Source: the human T2T-CHM13v2.0 reference genome, Homo sapiens
DNA length: 64,000 nucleotides
Assembly (NCBI RefSeq): GCF_009914755.1
Contig: NC_060934.1
Direction: 5' to 3' (one strand)
Part shown: piece by piece, positions 60,436 through 64,000 of the stretch
Numbering within the stretch: the stretch's first letter is position 1
Layout: every line of letters begins with the position of its first letter
Notes under the pieces: model-generated
What the model was told of the DNA's origin: nothing
The model's input: only the letters and a program-made list of their open reading frames with translations
Databases searched by the model: none
Translations under genes and position numbers: made by a program

Positions 60436-62994
60436 TTTTGCACTTTTGTACTGGTCAGTCTCATTGTAAACCCGTAGAAGGTATCTGTAGGTTTTGGAGT
60501 GCAAACCCAAGAAAGAAGTTGCTCATTGTCTTGACAAAGTCAGTGTGATTTTAAAAGTTCTAGTGAAACAGGTATTTACTTATTGAAGAGTATTCAGAGC
60601 TGGTGGGTAGTGCTGTCTGTAATCAGGTAAATCAATCCTGGAAACCTTGCTTTAAGGTATCCCTTAACAAGAAAGGATGGACTTAGTAGCTAATTTGCTG
60701 GCTGAGTTGGTCCTGTGGGGTCTGGAAAATTTGAGTACAATAAAAGTAACACAAAATTTACATATACACTTTTCTGCAATATGTTTTGAAAAGTCCTGAT
60801 TGAACATCTGTAATGTGCCCAGTGCTGTGTGAGGTGTGTGGGGGGGAACATAAAATGCTTGCTGTCTTTCCCTAAGGTGTTTGTGTTCTGTATAGGAAGA
60901 ATAAGGGATACTCAGGAACATGCAAGGGGAGTTTTGAGAAGTGCCTCAATATAAGCCACAGTTTCAAGTTGGTAATACATTAGAGAACAGATTTTTATGT
61001 GTGGAGAGGCCACACTGAGGAAATGAGGAGGAAAGGCAGAATTTGCATTGATGGCCAGAAGAGAGTGACCTTGAAGGGGCGGCAGGGAGGGCTGCTAGAG
61101 ATGGCCCCTGAGTAGACCAGGTGATTTCTGATTTGAGAACCAGAAGGTTGCCCCTGTTTCCTGCTGGATAACACACTCATTTTATACATGCAGAAAATAA
61201 GGCCTAGAGCAGGGGAATGACTTGCCCAAGGATAGAGATTTAGTAGCAACGCTGAACCTGGAATCCAATTTCCCTGTCTCTCTGCTGAGTGTTTTTTCCA
61301 TTAGTTCACTGTGTCCCAGCCAGACTCCTGAAAATGTGATTTTTTTTTTCCCCAAAGCGTCAAGACTTATGTAATACTGAGTGTGGCCCATTTTGGATGG
61401 GCTTGCTTCTTTGCTATTTTGAGAGGGCTGCCATGGTGACATCATTTATTTTTCTGATGTGATTAAAGAAAATGTCAGCTGGCATCTGAGGTGTTGGGAG
61501 GCAGGGGAAGGGTGGCATCATCGGTGTGGTCATGATATTAAGCTTCCAGAACACCCAGCCCAGGGCTTTTCACTTGACTCTCAGATGTCCTTGCTTAATC
61601 GGGGTAGGGCTTTTGCCACTGCTAGGCTTTGATCACAATGAGAGGACTCTTTGTGATTCCATCTCTAATTTCCATCCTACTCCCTTGCAGGCAGTGACAC
61701 GTAGAATCTGTTTCCCTTTGTCCTTCATCATTTGCCTCGTTCCAGCCTAAAGCCATACAGAAGACAAATCTTTATTGAGTGTTTGCTGAGCAGCAGATAC
61801 TGATCTAGGTTCCGACCATGGGATGGTAAACCAAAGGCATCCAGTTCCTGCCTTCATGGACTTTATAAACCAGAAGGGAAATTTGACATTAAACAGGTCA
61901 TTAGGGTGTATGACAAATGAGACATAGAGGGGGTGGCCTGAGCTAGGTAATGCCCATTTAGGTTTTTTTCCAGAGCTGACCTTGGAATGCTGGCCTTTAA
62001 AAGGAAAATCTGATTTGGTAACTTGCTTTGCACAACCAAATCCTCTTGCTATTTAATTCATTCCCATTTTTTGATCAGCTAAAGCAGCGACTAAGCAATG
62101 TAGTGTCCAGACTGATTCATAGCTAGAAAGCAGGCCAAGAAAAAATCACATTGGATATAGAGGTCAGCGGGGTGGAGAAGGGTCTGTTTGCTCCACATTG
62201 TTGGTTCGTGCATATAAATGGGGTCCTCTCTTTTCAGGATGTGTTCCTTGCAGACTTAGAAACTCATATAGAATAAATGACGTGTCAAGCATATCCTCTC
62301 AGGGTTGGCACATGGTAAAATTCGGAAACCCAGGAAAGTTTTCAATTTCTATCTCTGCATATTCTCTTTTCTCCACTCCCCTGCCTCCTATCACATCCCC
62401 ACTCTAGGCCCTTGGGACTCAGAATATAGTATTAGTCAACTTACAACCAATGAGAATAGTTTGATTTTCTCATTAGCGTTAAGGGCCAACAAGAGTAGAG
62501 ATGGGCCATGCCTTAAGACGTGCAGTTGTTGCAGATTCAGGCCTGTGGTGCCGGAAAGAGAGCGCAGGAGCCGACTCCATGCTATGGGTTTGCAGCCAAG
62601 CTCCCTGTGCTCGGAGGTGGTCGACTCCTGCTTTGGGATTTGCCTTGTGGTTGACGTTATGGTCTGTCTGAGGTGCTCTGTGATCAATAGCTAGACTATT
62701 TTTAGCTGGAGGTATTTTTACCGTTTCATATTCCTCTGAAGAGGTTCATAAATCAGTCATGTAAAGTGAAATTTAAATAAGTTGGTAGAGCTTCGCCTTT
62801 GGGAGGAGAAGCTGATGTTAAAGTGTTTAAGAATAGAAGAGAGGCATCAGTTTTAGATCCCACCCCCTACTCCTGTAGGAGGTACCCGTAGGTTACTCAT
62901 TGGTTTTATGCCCCAGTACTTGTCTGGAAAAAGGAAAAAAGAAACTTAAGGATCTCTGTGTTGGTTAATGATTTTCGAGTAGAGATATAGTTGC

Positions 62995-63400
62995 ACATTT
63001 CATGCATTCAGCAGAAATGCATTAATCCTGTATTGTGTGCTGGGCTCAGGTTAGGTACAGGGGGTACTTGCAGACAGTGAAGGAGCACACAAGGTCCCTG
63101 AACTCACTGATTTTATGGTCAAATGGGGAAATGGCACACTGGTTCATTGTGATGTGCATGGTGATAAGGTACAAACTTCTGTGGAAAACACAGTAGGCCA
63201 TGTCATGTACACCTGGGCATGTGTCTGAGAATACTCCCTGGCAAGAGAGTCTGAGGTTAGAGGAATAGTTAATTGATAATTAATTGTGGGGGCTTGGGAA
63301 GAGGAGGAGGAATGACCCTGGCAGAGGGAACAGCATATCCAAAAGTAAGTGTGGCTCAGTGCAAAAATGAAGGAAGTTAAAATAGACATAAGAAATGGTT
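62995..63400 (-). mobile_element. L2 3' fragment
   Basis: CATTTCATGCATTCAGCAGA..., GGTCCCTGAACTCA, GGCAGAGGGAACAGCATAT. Confidence 0.65.
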
Positions 63401-64000
63401 TGTTGATAGTAGATTATAATACATGATAGGATCAACGTGTTGTCACTCATTAAAATGCATAGTTCAATGCCTGTGCAAAATTGCAGTGAGCACCACAGTG
63501 CGTGAACGCATATTTCCATTACTCTCTGCACATGCTTCTAGGGTGTATTGGTCACATGATAGCATGTCTTTGATTTTTCTGAATTAACCTGTCTTTAACC
63601 CATCTCAGAAGAAGTAACTGAGAGGATTCCATCTGTAAAAAATGAAATAATATTATCTATTTTTCAGACCATATGGTCATCCTGTAAATTAATGAACGCA
63701 TGTGTGAATGGATATAACTGAAGGTTTGGCTCTCTGGAAAGGGCTTTTTCCCTCATTGCTCCTCTTCTACTGTGTTGGTTTCTGGATACCTATCCATCTG
63801 ACAGATTTCCAGATCTGGAAATCATTCTGCATAATAATGAGCTTCAAGGTCAGTTTCTTATATTGTACTGGTATTTTTTTTTTTAGTGTCAAATATTGCT
63901 TTAAATAAGCATGTTTTCTACTGAAGCCTAAAACCTCTGATTTAATAATATTTGGCCTTTTTTTTTTTTTTAAATAAAGAAGAAGTCGAAGATGGGGCCG

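Noticed and set aside
62305-62694. 129-aa ORF in intron 2
   Set aside because: Non-ATG start, no recognisable domain and no convincing splice context; I do not recognise it as the next ZNF365 exon.

Overview
Primate (almost certainly human) genomic DNA. Positions 1-53 kb are a dense, nested set of old transposable elements: L1PA/L1M, L2, MIR, Alu, MaLR (THE1/MST/MLT1), ERVL, MER41, LTR1, and Tigger/Charlie-type DNA elements. This part also holds a 7SL pseudogene and a ~2.8 kb AT-rich tandem array. From ~54 kb the window holds the CpG-island promoter, non-coding exon 1 and first coding exon of ZNF365 (+ strand; recognised from the protein MQQKAFEESRYPWQ..., C2H2-like finger plus coiled coil). 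The gene continues past the window end. The most notable structures are: (1) an L1-mobilised retrocopy of a MER41-type ERV RNA (R-U5-int-U3-R-polyA) that keeps tandem GAS/STAT motifs; (2) a tailless pre-tRNA-Ile(TAT) retropseudogene with a perfect 17-bp TSD; (3) several templated or fold-back duplications inside old elements; (4) a closely spaced inverted AluY pair with shared rare substitutions; (5) candidate antisense splice sites; (6) a CpG-rich hairpin in intron 2. I found no supportable new protein-coding system and no CRISPR or prokaryotic features. Repeat subfamily names come from recalled consensus sequences, not a search, and many boundaries are approximate.
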